A stretch of DNA of 64,000 nucleotides, taken from positions 6,872,047 through 6,936,046 of the forward strand of contig CM082591.2 of NCBI GenBank assembly GCA_040954595.2, written 5' to 3'. The position numbers were made by a program, and so were the translations under genes. The first letter of the stretch is position 1. Each line of letters starts with the position of its first letter. Below the pieces are notes generated by a model. The model saw nothing but the letters and a program-made list of their open reading frames with translations, was not told the origin of the DNA and ran no database searches. Of this stretch, positions 11,496 to 24,989 are shown in pieces. Source of the stretch: Balanoglossus misakiensis (taxonomy: Eukaryota > Animalia > Hemichordata).

Positions 11496-14400
11496 CTGGA
11501 TTGTAACCGGGTGGTGGTGGGTGGCTTGCAGGAGGTGGATGCTGTAGGAATGAGAAAGGAATAGAATAGAATAGTTTATTGCGTTCCAAGGCCTCCGGCC
11601 CATATGCAAGGGGGTTACAGAAATTTAACATAGAAAGACAGCAAAGTAAAGTACAGCTGTACATGACAATTAAACAGTTTAAATTCTGTCTCTTGAAAAA
11701 AGTGAGAGAGATATCTTTCTCTGCTTAAACGCTTTGCTTGTGAAAATACATAGGTTGAGAAGCTCATCATTGCTAGACGTGTTCATAAGTCGTACAAATT
11801 TGTGAAAAGTTGGATGCTCAAAGTAGACATGTGATAAATACTGTTTTCTGAGGTCTGTGTAAGGAGAGCATTCAAGGAGAAAATGGTATTCATCTTCTAC
11901 TGCTCCTTTTGTACAAAGCTTACATAGACGATCTGGTACATCTATATTATGCCTTCTCCCCTCCTCAATAGCAAGGGGCAGGGTAGAACAGCGAAAACAG
12001 GTGAACAGTTGTAAGACATTGCGACTACATGGTAACCTAAGATACTTCTCAGGTTCGAGCATGCTTTTAAATTGCATGTATGTACGGAGTTTAGGTTTCA
12101 AAGATATTTTACTGTTCCAAAGTTGTTTAAAGATATCTGAAAGCCTAGAATCAAAAAGTGACAAAAATTGCTGTTTGTTTCCTATTTCTTGGGCAAGCCA
12201 GGCATAACCAAAGCCGTAAGAAAAGAAAACATTCTTTATAGACGTTGCCCACGCGTGGCGACCAAGCCATCAAGATTACATAACATGATGTATGCTTGTC
12301 TTTGAAGTCGGTTTGGAGGCATTTCAAGTAATTTTATCCAATAGCGAATGCAACGCTTTATAGTGTGAAAATGAACAGGAAAACGACCGCATTCACCCAA
12401 TACTGCTTCATTTGTTGTATTGCTCGGTACACCTAAAAATTTTCTACACCATTTTCTGTGTACCTTCTCCAGAGCATCGTACAAAGTAAAACCCCAGACT
12501 TCAGAACCATAGCATAAGATTGGTAATATCATAAGGAATGAGAAAGGTAAGGACAGCTAGATGAACTGCGACTTCTACAATCTTGAGAGATTCACTGTTG
12601 TGATACGCAATAGAAAACCTGTCATACAGGTGATTTTAAATGGGATCGTGCCATAGGTCTACTAAGCACAGCCGCACGAGGGCGCTCCAGTTCGCCCAAA
12701 GCATATGGTATGAATGGTATGCTATGGGCCTTCCTCTGTATTTCGCGTTATGTACAGGACAGCCTATAGCCACGACTGCCAATATTATAACATAGGCGCT
12801 GGGTGACTGTGGCATGTGGGTCTAAGATACACCAAATAAAATAATTGTATACGGTTCATGTATGCGGCCGACATAATGAAGATTCCTATAACGAGTATAA
12901 CCAGCATACCAAATTTGACAGCCGTTCTTGAGATATCGTGCTGACAGACAGACATACAGAAACACACCTAGACATACGGACACACACACACACGCACACA
13001 GAAAAGGCGATGTCATTAGCTCACTTGTGAGTAACACGTGAGTTAAAAGCGCAAGAAACCACGGTGACATGCCGAATACGGACATTTCAACATGCTTTAG
13101 GGCAGGAGATTAATATTTAGTAAACGCACAAAATAATTAAATCGCAAAATATATTGGCAGCGTTCCAGCTTCTCTTGCCTCTGTGTAGTTTGTGGAGAGG
13201 TACTTACGTGGTGAACGACGGTCACGTGACTTGGCGGTGGAGGAGGGTGATGATGGTGGGGGTGTGGATGGTGGTGAACGTGTACGGGAGGCGGCGGATT
13301 GGTTACCCTGGCAACGTGGGCGTGGTCAGCCCTGGCATGGTGCGCATCGGCTCGGTTTCCTGCGGCATTTGAACGAGCCTATGACAGCAACGATTGTGAA
13401 ACCAACTGAACATGACATCCGGTAGAATAAGTGAATTAAAATAACTACTGTCTGTGGATTACGTCGTTGATTTTAAATGATAGCTTGCCAAACTCATTAA
13501 GTTGAACGGAACTTTGTACTACCATAGAGTTGGACATACTAACTATCGTATAGGCACTATCATATTTATATAGGCACACTTAGAAAGCATGTGACGAGAA
13601 TATTTGAAGGCGTGAACTGAAATAGAGCCTACGTCTTCAAATGCGCTGATTGTCAATTTGTACGTGACGTATTTTCTTACCTCCAATTTGACCGCCTTTA
13701 TGACGTTTCCGTGCAGGGCCTGATTGACTGCGCGTGCGTGGAGACGATCTTCCCGGCGTTCGGCTCGTCGTTCTGCCTGTGGACGGAAAATGCATATTTG
13801 TATATTTTAAGCAACCAAAGGCACCCACATTCACTATCGGTATATGAGGGGGAAAACAACACTGCAGACTGAATGCAAAATCTACAACTTCTGGCGTTGG
13901 ATAACACTGCAACAAAATACAATTGGGTTTATTAGATCTATAGATTAAATCTAACTTATAGAAACATACGTTTTATATCTTCCGACCAGGCTAAATATTG
14001 TAGGGCTTGACATATCTATTTCGACATGGCTTTTTATTGCGTGTATTTAAATCTGCGAAGTTTTACCCGTGCCAGTATAATAAACTTACTAAGTTAGAAC
14101 GAACTCACTATCTCTCTAAGTTAGAACTTAGTATTACTGTATTAGAAGGATCCAAATTAGAGGGAATGAGAAAATGTAATGCACTGTAAAAAAAAGCAGA
14201 AATGATACCAACATTGTCTATTTGTATGCAATTTGTAATTCAATATATTCCTGGATGCACTACTAAAATAGCAATTTAATTCCATACGGATTAGCAATTC
14301 TATTTGAATACAAATACGCTCAATTGTTTTGGCGTCATATGTTGGCATAATGACGAGTTTATAGGTCTGTAGGGCGTATGGCTTAAGAATCTCGGTTGAC

Positions 14401-15881
14401 GTTGAGTTCAGATACCGGTCAAAGCCCCAACCGCAAATTATTTTTATGATAATATTTTAAAACTTAGAATGGTCCCTTTAATGAGTTAACTGATGGGTGT
14501 ACACAAACATATTACATGTATCAACTTCTGATTGTGGTTGTACATATGAATATGTACGAGGTCAATTGTAAACAGGTGCCACGCCCATTTATTCAACTGC
14601 CCGTTGCAAGAGTACACAAATAGTATAGGCGCACACGGGTATAAAAATCAACACAAAGTCAAAATAGTGTAATTTGTCAACTTCAGAGAACGAGAAAAGT
14701 AAAATATTTCATCGATTATAAATATGGTAAGTGGCAGCTGGTGGGGGTTTAGGGACTGGTCAGTTTCTCGACCGGGGGCGTTGGATTCTTCTTTGTGGAT
14801 ATCAAAATGTGACTGACCCCCTCCCTCCCCATTGATCATATATATGTGGGTAACCCCCCCCCCCCCCCCCCCCCGTGACACCCCCATCACCCAATTCCCA
14901 AACAGGGTGACCTCCCTCATGAATCCACCGCCCCCGGTCCGAAGAAATTGACCAGTCCCTTAATGCAATCTAGTACAAAACATGTTGGTTATCAGACTGT
15001 TAGTCGGTCTGTTAATTGATTGATTGGTTGGTTGGTTGGTTGGTTGGTTGGTTGGTTGGTTGGTTGGTTATTGGTAGGTTATTTATAGTTAGTTAATGTG
15101 CTGTTTGCAATTCAGTACTTTCCAGCAGAAAAAAAGATCATATATCACAATATGATGAAAGTAGACACTGCTAATTAAAGAGGAAAGGGCGATATGCAAA
15201 TTATACGTGTTTTTTTTTAGTGAATTCGCATTGTACTGACACAGCAATAACGTCTTGTCACGTGCGCATGACCATTATGGCGTGAGAGTCAGATGACTCG
15301 TGATAAACAACCTCTATCTGTGACACCTGTCAGCTAAAATAAACCAAACAGGTCCGAATGTATCAAACAGAAACAAAATCATCAGGAAATTAGGGGGAAT
15401 GCAAATATTCCCTGCAATTTGATCATAGAAATATGTAATATGCCTCCCTTGTTCTTACACAGAGAAAGGGGGAATATACTGTGTATCAAATGATTTCGCT
15501 TGCTTCAAGTGTAAGTAGGAAATGGGAGAAAAATACTAGGACAAATGTGACTGCGCCACGAATAAAATATAATTGTTGACAAAACAATTAAACAGTGTCG
15601 AAAGAGAGACGCGTTAATTATTCGCCTGGAGGATTTTTAGAAAAGTTTGTATGTCGCCCGATCTGAATTACCGATGTAGTTAGACGTCCATTGGGCTGTA
15701 GCGAAATATGTTTGTACACTAAGCTTTAGATCTCTGCTCAGGTATAGTAGTGTTAGTTCATCGCCGTACAACCGTGAACCAGCCCAGAGAAGCGTCTTGT
15801 AGCTGTGCGGGAACCTGCTTTGATTGTACCTACCTGTCTGTGGTGAGCCTCGTCTCGTCGTAAGTGAGCGTTGTGGCTCAT
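11496..15881 (-). CDS. Small His/Pro-rich orphan protein; exons 15881-15834, 13776-13681, 13378-13208, 11541-11496 (3' end uncertain)
   Basis: ATG in AAAATG context, canonical GT-AG junctions, all phase 0. Product: MSHNAHLRRDEAHHRQ-AERRAERREDRLHARAVNQALHGNVIKAVKLE-ARSNAAGNRADAHHARADHAHVARVTNPPPPVHVHHHPHPHHHHPPPPPSHVTVVHH-HPPPASHPPPPGYNPG. Confidence 0.75.
11560..12533 (-). mobile_element. 5'-truncated non-LTR retrotransposon (RTE/RTEX-like 3' end)
   Basis: ORF2 C-terminal remnant ILPILCYGSEVWG...KLRTYMQFK...DRLCKLC..VEDEYHFLLEC, frameshifted. AATAAA plus (TATTC)n tail. 14-bp TSD AGGAATGAGAAAGG at 11546-11559 and 12534-12547. Confidence 0.9.
14752..14959. mobile_element. PIF/Harbinger-like MITE
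   Basis: TTA|GGGACTGGTCAGTTTCT...AGAAATTGACCAGTCCC|TTA. Confidence 0.75.
15022..15070 (+). repeat. (GGTT)n microsatellite
   Basis: Directly visible. Confidence 0.9.
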
Positions 15882-15960
15882 TTTGTTTTCACTCAGCAAT
15901 TAAGATGCTTTACGGTGGGTGTTGTGTACTTCTCTTCACTGTAGAACACGTCGACTCTCT

Positions 15961-15968
15961 TATTTATA
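15961..15968 (-). promoter_or_regulatory. TATA box of the His/Pro-rich gene
   Basis: TATAAATA on the minus strand, about 80 bp upstream of the ATG at 15881. Confidence 0.6.
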
Positions 15969-16495
15969 CGCCCCAGTAAATCACGGGGTGATGATATGTC
16001 ATGAGACCCAGGCTTTTGCAACCGAGCTATTGTGACGTCACAATAATATATTTATAAAGCCTGACATCACACACTTACTCACTCACACACTGGCAACAGG
16101 TGTCCTCAATATCTGCCATCTGTGACAATAGGCATGTTTTGATTTTCTTTTATTACAATATCGCATTCAAAAGTTAAAACACGGGAAATCCAAGATAAAA
16201 TGTGACTTTCTAATGCCAAGTACAAACATCGCACTACATTGTTTTTAGATGTATATATCGCAACATCGTGCTACAGGTATAAGTAGTAATAGACTGCACA
16301 GAAACCCTCACATCGCGGAGATAGTGGTGGGTGTGGCGCAGGGCCCCCAAGCTTCTTGAAACCCCACATCGCGGGGTGGGTGGTGCAGGTGGCGTAATTG
16401 TCAGCTAGAACACCGACTTATTTTGTCAGCTAGAACCTTGAGTAGTTTCGACTTTGTTTTCCGAGTTGCTCGGTGAGTTGCCTAGTGTGTATGAT

Positions 16496-17464
16496 CACAG
16501 ACAAAGAGAAAAACAGACTAGCAACGCTATTGTCAAAAGGTGTGAAGTACACCTCCTAATCCCCCTATGCGTGTCTCAGCTCGCCTTCAAGGTGCAGCTT
16601 GTCTCCGAAGATTTCCGAACGTATCCACTTCGGCAATGTCCGGAATTTTCCCGATTATAAAACGAAAGTGTTTTCGTGAAAGTTCGTGTTGTTGTTCTCA
16701 GTCAGCTGGGACGGAAGCCGAGTGGACAGCGAAAATTTGAGGAAGTTTGAGTATCGGAGAGATGAGTTTGAGCATTTTAATAGTTTGTACGAAAAATTTA
16801 TGAATATATAATAAGTATGTTTGATCGCAAATTTCAAAAGGTTTGATCATCAATCTCGAATTTTTTGGAATGGATTCCGGTTCGCCGAATATTGTCCTTT
16901 GTAAATCTGCGAGGTTGTTAGCGTAAATAATACTTCTAACGTGTAAATATAGTTGTCGTGAAGTAGTGTTCAGTCGTGTCCTGAGTGCAAAGCGGTGCCA
17001 AGCAAGGTCATGGTACTATCTGTCAAATTGGATGTCAAGGAAAAGGCGATGTGTTGTTACTGTGTTTAATGTCGGTGATAGTTTCCATTGGGTCGTTGTA
17101 TAGCATTTGCACTTAACAGACTTGCAGTTTGACGTTTGGAGCATGAAAACTGTAAGAAATTACCGCCGGCTATTCTAAGACAACAAGGGTTTCTTATGAT
17201 ATTATGTCATCGTTCGCATTGTTGGAAGCCATAGGTTGACACTGTAGGTTGCTGTCGATAAAATGACGCTACCGCAAAGTATTCTGGGAAATCTCGCCAC
17301 AATTGTCGCATAATATCGTACAATAATGACGCATACGCGAGACCAACCCTGGTCTCCGTGGAGTCTGACACATTTGAAGCTTATCTCAGCCGTTGTTTAT
17401 CGAGGCGCACATAACATCAAAGGGACATGCCGCATTGCTAGTCTGTTTTTTCTCTTTGTCTGTG
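16496..17464. mobile_element. Non-autonomous TIR transposon, P-element-like (7-bp TSD)
   Basis: ~30-bp TIR CACAGACAAAGAGAAAAACAGACTAGCAA, with GTATGAT duplicated on both sides. Confidence 0.7.
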
Positions 17465-17709
17465 GTATGATGTAATCGCGTCGCTGGAACGCGTCTGGCG
17501 ACGTCGCCTCGAAATCCGTCATGTCGGATTTTCGGGCGACGAGTTGCCTGACGCGCAAGCGGTTGCCCCGCGTTACCACTTTGCCTCGTCATAAATTTTG
17601 AAATCTGCACATGCGAAAATGGTCTTTGGCTGCACCACGTTTTTGAAGTTGTCATCTGGAAATTTGAATGCGAACGTAACTGCCGCCTGAGCGTGTCATT
17701 TGATATCGA

Positions 17710-18669
17710 AGAATGTGCAAATGGCGAGACTGTGTTTGGAAGCATCCATGGATATATAAGCTGTATGCAAATAATTCATTGACATGTATTAAAGAAATAA
17801 TAAAAAAAAATCCATGGATATTTTAGAACAAAACGTCGATCTACAGAGTCTACCGGAAAACTTTCTTTTTCGCTCAGGCCTATGTGTTCTACGCATCACA
17901 ACGGAATATGCAAATGACGAGACGGTGTTTGGAAGCATCCATGGATATTTTAGAACAAAACGTCGATCAACAGAGTCTACTGGAAAACTTTCTTTTTCGC
18001 TCAGGCCTGTGTGTTCTACGCATCACAACGGAATATGCAAATGACGAGACGGTGTTTGGAAGCATCCATGGATATTTTAGAACAAAACGTCGATCAACAG
18101 AGTCTACTGGAAAACTTTCTTTTTCGCTCAGGCCTGTGTGTTCTACGCATCACAACGGAATATGCAAATGACGAGACGGTGTTTGGAAGCATCCATGGAT
18201 ATTTTAGAACAAAACGTCGATCAACAGAGTCTACTGGAAAACTTTCTTTTTCGCTCAGGCCTGTGTGTTCTACGCATCACAACGGAATATGCAAATGACG
18301 AGACGGTGTTTTGAAGCATCCATGGATATTTTAGAACAAAACGTCGATCTACAGACTCTACTGGAAAACGTTCTTATGCGCTGAGGCCTGTGTGTTCTAC
18401 GCATCACAACGGAATATGCAAATGACGAGACGGTGTTTGGAAGCATCCATGGATATTTTAGAACAAAACGTCGATCTACAGAGTCTACTGGAAAACTTTC
18501 TTATGCGCTCAGGCCTATGTGTTCTACGCATCACAACGGAATACAAATGTATGCAAATAACGAGACGGTGTTTGGAAGCATCCGTGGATATTTTAGAACA
18601 AAACACCGATCAACAGAGTCTACCGGAAAATCCCTGCGGAAAATTGTATTATGCGCTCAGGCCTATGTG
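17710..18669 (+). repeat. Short array (about 7 units) of the 127-bp satellite
   Basis: Same monomer as 41296-53299. Confidence 0.95.
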
Positions 18670-21600
18670 TTACCATAGCAAATTGGGATCTAGCCACTCG
18701 CAGATTATCAGTAGGTGGCACACGTGAAAAAAAGAGCGCCACCATATGGTCTTTAGAACACTCAGATACGCCATTTCAGCCATATATGGGCGTACGTAAA
18801 TTAGAGTTGGCCGTATACCTTTAACGTGCACTGCGGAGGCCGCAAATCGCAAGGGCGTGTCGGTGTGGTCGTCGGTGCTGGAATTGATACCTGTATAAGA
18901 CGTGCAGACTATTTAACCGGCTTCCTTCCGATTTAAGCCACAGGTGTGAATGTCTTGGTCAGTTTGTGCTGATTTTTTTTCCGTAAAAGCTAGTGACGTT
19001 GCCCCTTCAAATTACAAAAAATCTTGCGTCATTGGAAATTTAATTTTAAAAAGTTTAACGAACTAGAAAAATAAATGAACCAACCATGGTAACTGTGGAA
19101 CGAGGAAATAACTGATAGCTGATAAAAGTTGAATCCAGGCACGTGAAACTGGGGATTTCCATTTGGCGTTTTGTCAAGGTTCTAATTATTGTCAATGTTT
19201 TTTTCTCATCATTATTTTGTTTACACTGTTAAAGATTAAAAACTTGCTCTTTTATGTTGAAGGTTATTACAATACGTTTTCGCAAAATACGGGTATTTAT
19301 AATTTTACTCGTTTTCTTCGCAAAGTATTAATTGAAAAATAGAATTGAAATCTTAAAGTCAATTGTCATTAAGACGGGTTTGTGAACACAATTTTACACA
19401 TTTTTGGGCCAATCGTGAAGTAATCTACCTACATAAACAGGTATAGAGTGCTTTTCGATGTGTGAATGCTTTTCTCGGACGCACCACCTGACCAAAATTG
19501 TCATTAGTTAAAATTTCACCTGTATTTAATACCTAGTAGATAGTGAAATATAGTCACTTTGGAACAGTATTTTTGAAACAGTTGCGACGTTTCGATCCGA
19601 CTACAACGGAGCTTGACGCAATGGTGTTAATTATTCAGCGTTGATGTCTCAGCAACAGGCGGAATAATATGTCCGTAAATAGATATACATAAATATATAC
19701 TAAAATATATGCCTCAAATGAATATATTGCTTCAGGTCCATATGTACAAATGCTGCCGTGTTCACTATGGTTTGGTCCAACTCCATTGTTCTCTGTGCCA
19801 GTTCTGGACCTTTCTACTGAGAATAGGGGTGAAAGGGTTAAAGCTGATAAAAAAGCAACATTTGCATTGATCCACCAATCTGATATTTGATTATTCTTCG
19901 ATGTCAAATGACGTCAGACGCGCCCAGACGCAGTTACGTTGGCATTCAAATTTCCAGCTGACGGGCAAATTCAGCCACATGGTACAGATGACTACTGTGC
20001 AGACGAAATGCCATGAGGCTGATGAGGCACCATGCCTGATCATGGTGATATATGTTACATGTCTGGCGGTTCTTAAGTATATGTACAAACATCCCCGGAA
20101 AAACTTTTACTGGATGCTGAAATATTGCTTGCCCGTCACCTGGAAATGACAACGCCCTGGGTCACATGGCCAGATCATGTGATTGATATTGAAGAATTTC
20201 AATAATGGCAGGCTTTTTTACCTGACAGCTGGGTGTTTCATTAACTTCTGGCTATTTTCAGCATCACTGATGCTCTGGCAAAATATCATGGAAAGATGGG
20301 TAACCGTGACAATAATGATGCTTATATTGTGTAATAGACAAAAATAAATGCTGCATTTCTATGTCGATTAGTAGTTGTAGAATGTTTTGATGCAATATTT
20401 TTCTGAAATAGAGTCCTGCATACTAAATACGAGTACAGAACTAGGTATAAGTTTTCTTTCTAAATTTTTCAAAACATATAAAGATATGATCGTAGAATAA
20501 TTGTGTTCTTGCATTTGGCTGCTTTCATACTAAAGTAGCTTTGCATATTCTCTGTGTGGTCAGACTATCGGCAATTCTCCCTACCTTAAATAGGTTTTAA
20601 GCTACCTAAGTGAGTGATGAAAATCTGATATGGTCGACACAATTTCAAGATGGCCGATTTTTGCCATGTTTAAGAAAGGGGAGTTCATAAGCTAAAGGGA
20701 TACTGAGTCATTCTGAAACTTTATAACAGAAAAAATAACAACATTTGAAAAAGGTTTAATGAGTTTAACGTGCTAACTACAAAGAAAGACACGTTCGACC
20801 AAAATAAAGTAAACATATCATTTCTTCTATCTCTTACTACAGTGGGTTGTCGACTTTTTACCCAGAATGCAATTATTATAATGTGATTTGACCCCCTAGC
20901 ACAGAATTCTTGGTATTTGATGAACAGTGTCAAAACTCTGAGGTAAAGAGTGGTCATTGTCTCAAAGAGTTCATTGGTTACATGTATTTCAAAATATGGT
21001 CACATTTCATGTTGCATCTTATTCTGACAGGTTGTCATGGATATTGATGAGTGATTTACACAAACTAAATTGCCACTGTCACTTGTTTGGCACATGCACA
21101 TAAGACCATCGTCGCCCTTTAAAGAACATATTTTTTTATTTTCACAAAGACAATTTTCACCAATTATAAAGTTCAACAAGACTATTACACATCAGCCATT
21201 TCAACTTCATTCATTAAGTCTTCTAGAATGTAGCAATTTTAGCTATATTTTTTATAAACAATTAAAAATTCAAGAGAAGCAGACATCATATTAAAAGTTT
21301 TAAAGATAAAATTAAGATTACAATTGAAGTTTCAGGCTCAATTACATGCTGAACCTGTGGTATATTCTTGAAGAAAAATAATTTTTGAAAATTACAAATC
21401 ATGTGAAAAATATCAGTTGATGTCAAATACAGTTCAGGGTTCTCCCCAGGTTGACTTGAGTGCTGGCTACTCATTTATATTCATGCTCATTAATATGTAT
21501 ACTCGTTAGTATTCATGTCTGTTGCAAGTCATACCCATTCTTCAACATATCAAAATGAAACAATAGACTAGATTGAGTACACAATAAAGCCGACCACCGA

Positions 21601-22044
21601 ACAGAGAACCCTGACAATAAGATATAACAATGTTGAGATTGACATCATTTGTGAAATCTATGTTTAAAAACTGCTGAATGCTCTGAATAAACTGTAAACT
21701 TCGCAACCAATTTTCAAAATAATCATCGTCTTCCAAATCTGTTCTCAAATTTTTCATGGATCTTTTATAAGACGAGAGGCTGAAATTATCCTTAGTGGTC
21801 GATGGGATGATGTGCAGTTGATAGATTTACTTTTACATAGTGTGCATATGGTCATGATTGTACATCCATAGCAGATGTCGGGGTTTGTAATGCTGGGATA
21901 TTTTGAAAATCTGCTCAAAGCTGAAGTTAGTATTATAGGTTGAGCTTCATTTTGATCTGCGTACGCCTTTTCCCCTAAAGAGGGCGCCCTTCCAAAACAT
22001 GGCATCATCTCCAAGCAGACAACACAAAAACGAGTCCAGCATGC

Positions 22045-22140
22045 TGGAACTAAAATCGATAATTAGGATATGCACATATGACTTAGGATTATGTAAATGG
22101 TTAACAATCATGTTTATTAAAGTCTGCATGGCATCAGCAT
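22045..22140 (-). mobile_element. Short degenerate reverse-transcriptase remnant (Rex/Babar-like); also near 36095-36190 and 57772-57865
   Basis: DAMQTLINMIVNHLHNPKSYVHILIIDFSS resembles the RT motif HL...YVRxLFIDFSSAF. Confidence 0.45.
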
Positions 22141-22336
22141 GACATAAATTGTTTAGATAGATTTATTATTGATTGTGATAAAATGTGAGCTTTTTGAAAA
22201 ATATTGCTTTAAGAAAACGTAGTGGTGGTGGTGTTTAACGTTTGGGGGCGCAATTTTGGAGTTGGTCACAGACAGCTGCTTTCATATTGGACCGTACATG
22301 TATGGTCGGTCGTCAATAGAATCTCAACCTTAGGCC

Positions 22337-22459
22337 CAATCTGATTAAAATCAGATGTAGGGAACGGCGACGTGGTTTTTTTTATGCTGTCGCCTAGTGT
22401 GAGGCGACAGCATAAAAAAAACACGTCGCCGTTCCCTACATCTGATTTTAATCAGATTG
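22337..22459. mobile_element. Hairpin MITE with 9-bp TSD CCTTAGGCC
   Basis: Palindrome with an exact TSD. Confidence 0.85.
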
Positions 22460-24171
22460 CCTTAGGCCAGGAAGAAAAAATAAGTTGTTCATCGGAATCG
22501 CCGCTTCTACTTTGGCTGATTTTGAATTTTTTGGGGGGGATCTCGGCAAATTCTACTTCCGCGTTACAAAATTCTTAGTACTGCAGCTGGTGGCAAGAAT
22601 ATGTTGTGCAAACACCAACTGTAAATGTAATTGCCTATGTTATTGTTGGGAAATATAGTATTGAATTCAGTTACAAGTACATGTATCAGTGTTTTTGTCT
22701 GAAATATTTCTGGTAAAAAGGGAAACAATAATCTCGCCTTGTCTGCATCTGTGGAAATATGCTGTAAATTTATTCATGCTATTCATATGATGTATATCTA
22801 TGACATCGACATTGTACATGTATATCAGAATTCGGTTACATAAGCATTTTGAACAAGAATGTTATACAAGATACACTCTATAGATATAAGAAATGGACGT
22901 GTATCAATCTGTCAGCAGCATAGAAAACAAAGTATATAATGTTTTTCATTTTGATTTTAAGATAAGTTTTCAGTGACACGTGTTCGTGTTATATACTGAC
23001 AATATAATTGGGAGGAATGGCTATGCCGTCAACACAAGAGAGCACCACTGCAAAGTTTAGATTGCACAGCACACAGTGTACACATCGCCATTACGATACT
23101 TCACTTGCTTGTCTGAAATTGCTGTGGGTAATGAATCAGTCGACCTTGTTGTCACTACTTTCAGCCATGATGTTTGTCCGTCAAAGACTGAGTTTCGAAT
23201 GATTGAAGTGGCCCCTCACTGACCATCTGGCAAATGAACTGGCTGACAACTATATTTTCATACTCGTACTGCAGATGCCAAACTGCGATGGTCGCTCGAA
23301 AATGCTTAACTACTTTCAGTCTCTCGAACCCGAATCCGAACCCGAATCCGAAACTGAATCCGAATCCGAAATTGACACTAACTTCAGCATCGTCTCCCCC
23401 CTCGTTCATTGAACTGTGCGCCCTCAACACAGTTCAAAACAAATGGCGGTAAAACTAAAAGATTACCGGTCGCGCATCCTTTCTTCATATATATTTGAAA
23501 TAACAATTATTTTGGACTATCGAATGGAAATATTTACAGATCACAATACAATATATATCTCTGGCGATTTACAGGTAAGTTTTTAGAATTATTTTGCACA
23601 CATAAATTGATGAATCGCCTTCATCCTTTCGGATGCAATGGACATCTGATGGGAAGTGGATTGCACATCATAACTTTCAGACCCCTCCATGTCAAAATTC
23701 ATGAAAAAAACGAGTAAAAATTCTCCAAAACGACTCAGATTTGTATTGTTTATACTCGTTACATGAAGCGACTGTAGACTGAAATATTATTTTTCCAAAA
23801 TGAGCTTTGTAAATGTGGAAAAAAGAACCCAATTTTTGATTGTGTACATGCCGTTGACGAAATGCATTCAGTTTCAAACAGTCTTGTCTCAAAATCCCTC
23901 AAAATAAACTGCAAAAATTACTCAAAACACCCTCAGTATTTTTTGCCTACACTCAGTACATGTAGCGACTGCACCTACAATTAATTTCTGTCCGAAATTT
24001 TTCTTCAAAATGTGGAAAATAACTCCAAAAATTGTGAAAATGACATTGGTTCAGTTTGAACTTTGTTGCCATGGCATGCGATCAATCGTAAATTTATCGC
24101 TGCAGCCTCGAAATTTTCTCCCAAATTTCACTTTTTTTGATGTCGTGTGGACATGCATTTCATGGTGATGT

Positions 24172-24989
24172 TTATGTCTGCTTGTAGAATACTTTGATTT
24201 GGTCTCTGCTAGTCTCTCTAACAGCAATTCTGTCACCGCTGACTGCAAGGAACCAGGGGTCTCTCACCTCACCTTCAAATAAGTGACAGATCCACTCTCC
24301 ATCAAATCTCCATTTCACAATCCTAGCATTCCCCCCATCACACACAAACAAATTATCGTCGTCATCGACGTCAATGCTGAATGGAAGCCACAGCTGACCA
24401 GGACCTTCACCTTTCACACCAAATTGATACAAGAATTTCACTTCAGCATCAAAACACTTGATGCAGTGATTGTTACAGTCAGACACCATGATGACATTCT
24501 TACTGTTGACCACCACAGAGAATGGGCCCTTGAATTGTGTTTGGCCATCACCCCAACCACCAACCTCTGCAACATACTGACCATCTTGGGTGTACTTGAG
24601 TAGCCGATGACCTTCGAACTCAGTGACCAAAACAAATCCATTCAGTAGAGCGATGCCACAGACTTCGACGCCTGCAGGTAGAGTAATTATTCTAAGAATT
24701 TTATTGTTTTGATCACAAACGACAATTTGAGAATTTCCACCATCACTTATGAAGTAGATGTTGTCATGGGAGACAGCTACATCCCATGGCTGGAATGGCT
24801 TTGCAAACTGACCATCAAAACTTCCCAAGACTTTGTCACAGGTGTAATCTTGATTCAGTATCTGTACAACCCTGTTGCCTGGGTCACACACCACCAGTTT
24901 GTCACCATGGAACACCATACCTCTTGGTTCTTTAAACTTTTGCCCTGGCTTTGGACTTTGGCCATCCAGTGTCCTCATTGACCAGTGAC
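24172..24989 (-). CDS. Terminal exon: six-bladed NHL-repeat beta-propeller (paralog 1)
   Basis: Repeats such as FKEPRGMVF..LVVCDPGNRVVQI, FQPWDVAV..YFISDGGNSQIVV, GDGQTQFKGPFSVVV..MVSDCNNHCIKCF and GEGPGQLWLPFSIDV..LFVCDGGNARIV. Confidence 0.93.

Noticed and set aside
23161-23452. ESEPESETESE / FGFGFG ORFs
   Set aside because: These come from a short CCGAAT hexamer repeat. The duplicate at 59.1 kb has frame-disrupting indels and there is no splice support.
24172-24989. DGR-like adenine-specific mutagenesis as the cause of NHL variation
   Set aside because: Differences involve all four bases, and no template repeat or intact RT is present.
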